In this document: one piece after another, positions 63,118 through 64,000 of the stretch
How positions within the stretch are numbered: the stretch's first letter is position 1
Layout of the letters: every line of letters starts with the position of its first letter
Assembly: GCF_006345805.1 (NCBI RefSeq)
Contig: NC_043004.1
Coordinates: forward strand, 82,088,001-82,152,000
Direction of reading: 5' to 3'
Length of the DNA: 64,000 nucleotides
DNA from: Octopus sinensis
Lineage: Eukaryota
The notes under the pieces: model-generated
What the model saw: the letters and a program-made list of their open reading frames with translations, nothing else
The model's database searches: none
What the model was told of the DNA's origin: nothing
Position numbers and translations under genes: made by a program

Positions 63118-63550
63118 GGATCTTTTCGGTATGACCGGCAGTTTTTAAAAATAATTTCCACGTAACTAAACACTTTTAAACTTCGTATACTGGTAGAATG
63201 TGTTTGTAAAACACCTTTTTCTCTTGGCTTTATTGAGAAAATTCTATAGTCTGTAAGATATTTGTTGTTTTGTTTCTTCAATTTCTGCAATTTCAACCGA
63301 TCAATGACGTCTATTGAGGTGAAAACATTCTGTGCCGTATGAATATGTCCCTCGTTTAAGAAACAGATTGGATTTATTTACATTCTGGAAGAAAAAAAGA
63401 TACCCTTCCCCCCACCCCTAACCCTAACCCTAACAAAACCTAATCCTAAAACAGATTGAAATGCAATAGATCGATACTAGGCTCATAATTATGGGTGACA
63501 ATTTCATATGACACCGCTAGAAAAAACTGCCGTTCAAACCGAAAAAATCC
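63118..63550 (-). mobile_element. Merlin-like MITE, copy 3 (inverted)
   Basis: Same TIRs; flanks TAACCACC / TAACCATG. Confidence 0.8.
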
Positions 63551-64000
63551 TAACCATGTTTCTCCACTTCACTCATAGAATTTCTTTATCAAAAACTTTT
63601 TTTCATATTTTAAATCTTAAATTTCCTTTATTTCAAAAATGGTAAACGACAACGAATTCTTCTGAAGTACTTCGGAGAAAAAAATAAAATGAAATAAATA
63701 TATAACAAAAAATACGAAAAAATAGACAAAATTATAACAAGAACAACAATATCCAACAATATCAATCAACAGCGTTTCGTTGCTAAGACAAGTCTTTTTC
63801 TTTCGCTATTATTTTTTTTTGGTTAATTTTTTTTATTTCATCTTTTGGTTGTTCTGTTATATAAGGATTAGTCCGGTACCAAAATAATTTTGCAGTTTTC
63901 AGTAACGCTGGAAATACTAACGTCTTTCTCTACGGGTCCTTTCATTGAGTACAATTTGCTACGGTTCAGTGACGTAGTTCTCGTTGTAAACGACACCGTC

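Overview
AT-rich, microsatellite- and SINE-saturated animal genomic DNA. The repeat landscape is typical of Octopus/cephalopods; this is inferred from recognition, not a database search. One host gene is well supported: ARFRP1 (ARF-related protein 1, ARF-family small GTPase) on the + strand, with 7 coding exons from 8779 to 36080, all introns GT-AG, encoding 202 aa. The rest is mostly mobile DNA: a full-length mariner (D,D34D), a near-complete Penelope-like element (RT + GIY-YIG) with solo terminal-repeat copies, a full-length Tx1/L1-clade LINE plus an older ORF1 relic, RTE and CR1 fragments, several tRNA-derived SINE families, Merlin-like, piggyBac-like and foldback MITEs, and many simple repeats. 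The most notable unannotated signal is a set of type I hammerhead ribozyme motifs. These include a 560-bp-period tandem repeat in ARFRP1 intron 3 carrying two intact antisense hammerheads (retrozyme-like or Penelope pLTR-like), and a family of microsatellite-anchored pLTR units with a variant (U4C) core. Other highlights are a 144-nt symmetric exon that reappears when two SINEs are removed, a twin-primed RTE insertion, SINE tail swapping, and a minisatellite built from a SINE 5' head. Repeat boundaries were read by eye and are approximate (about 10-30 bp) unless TSDs or TIRs are quoted.
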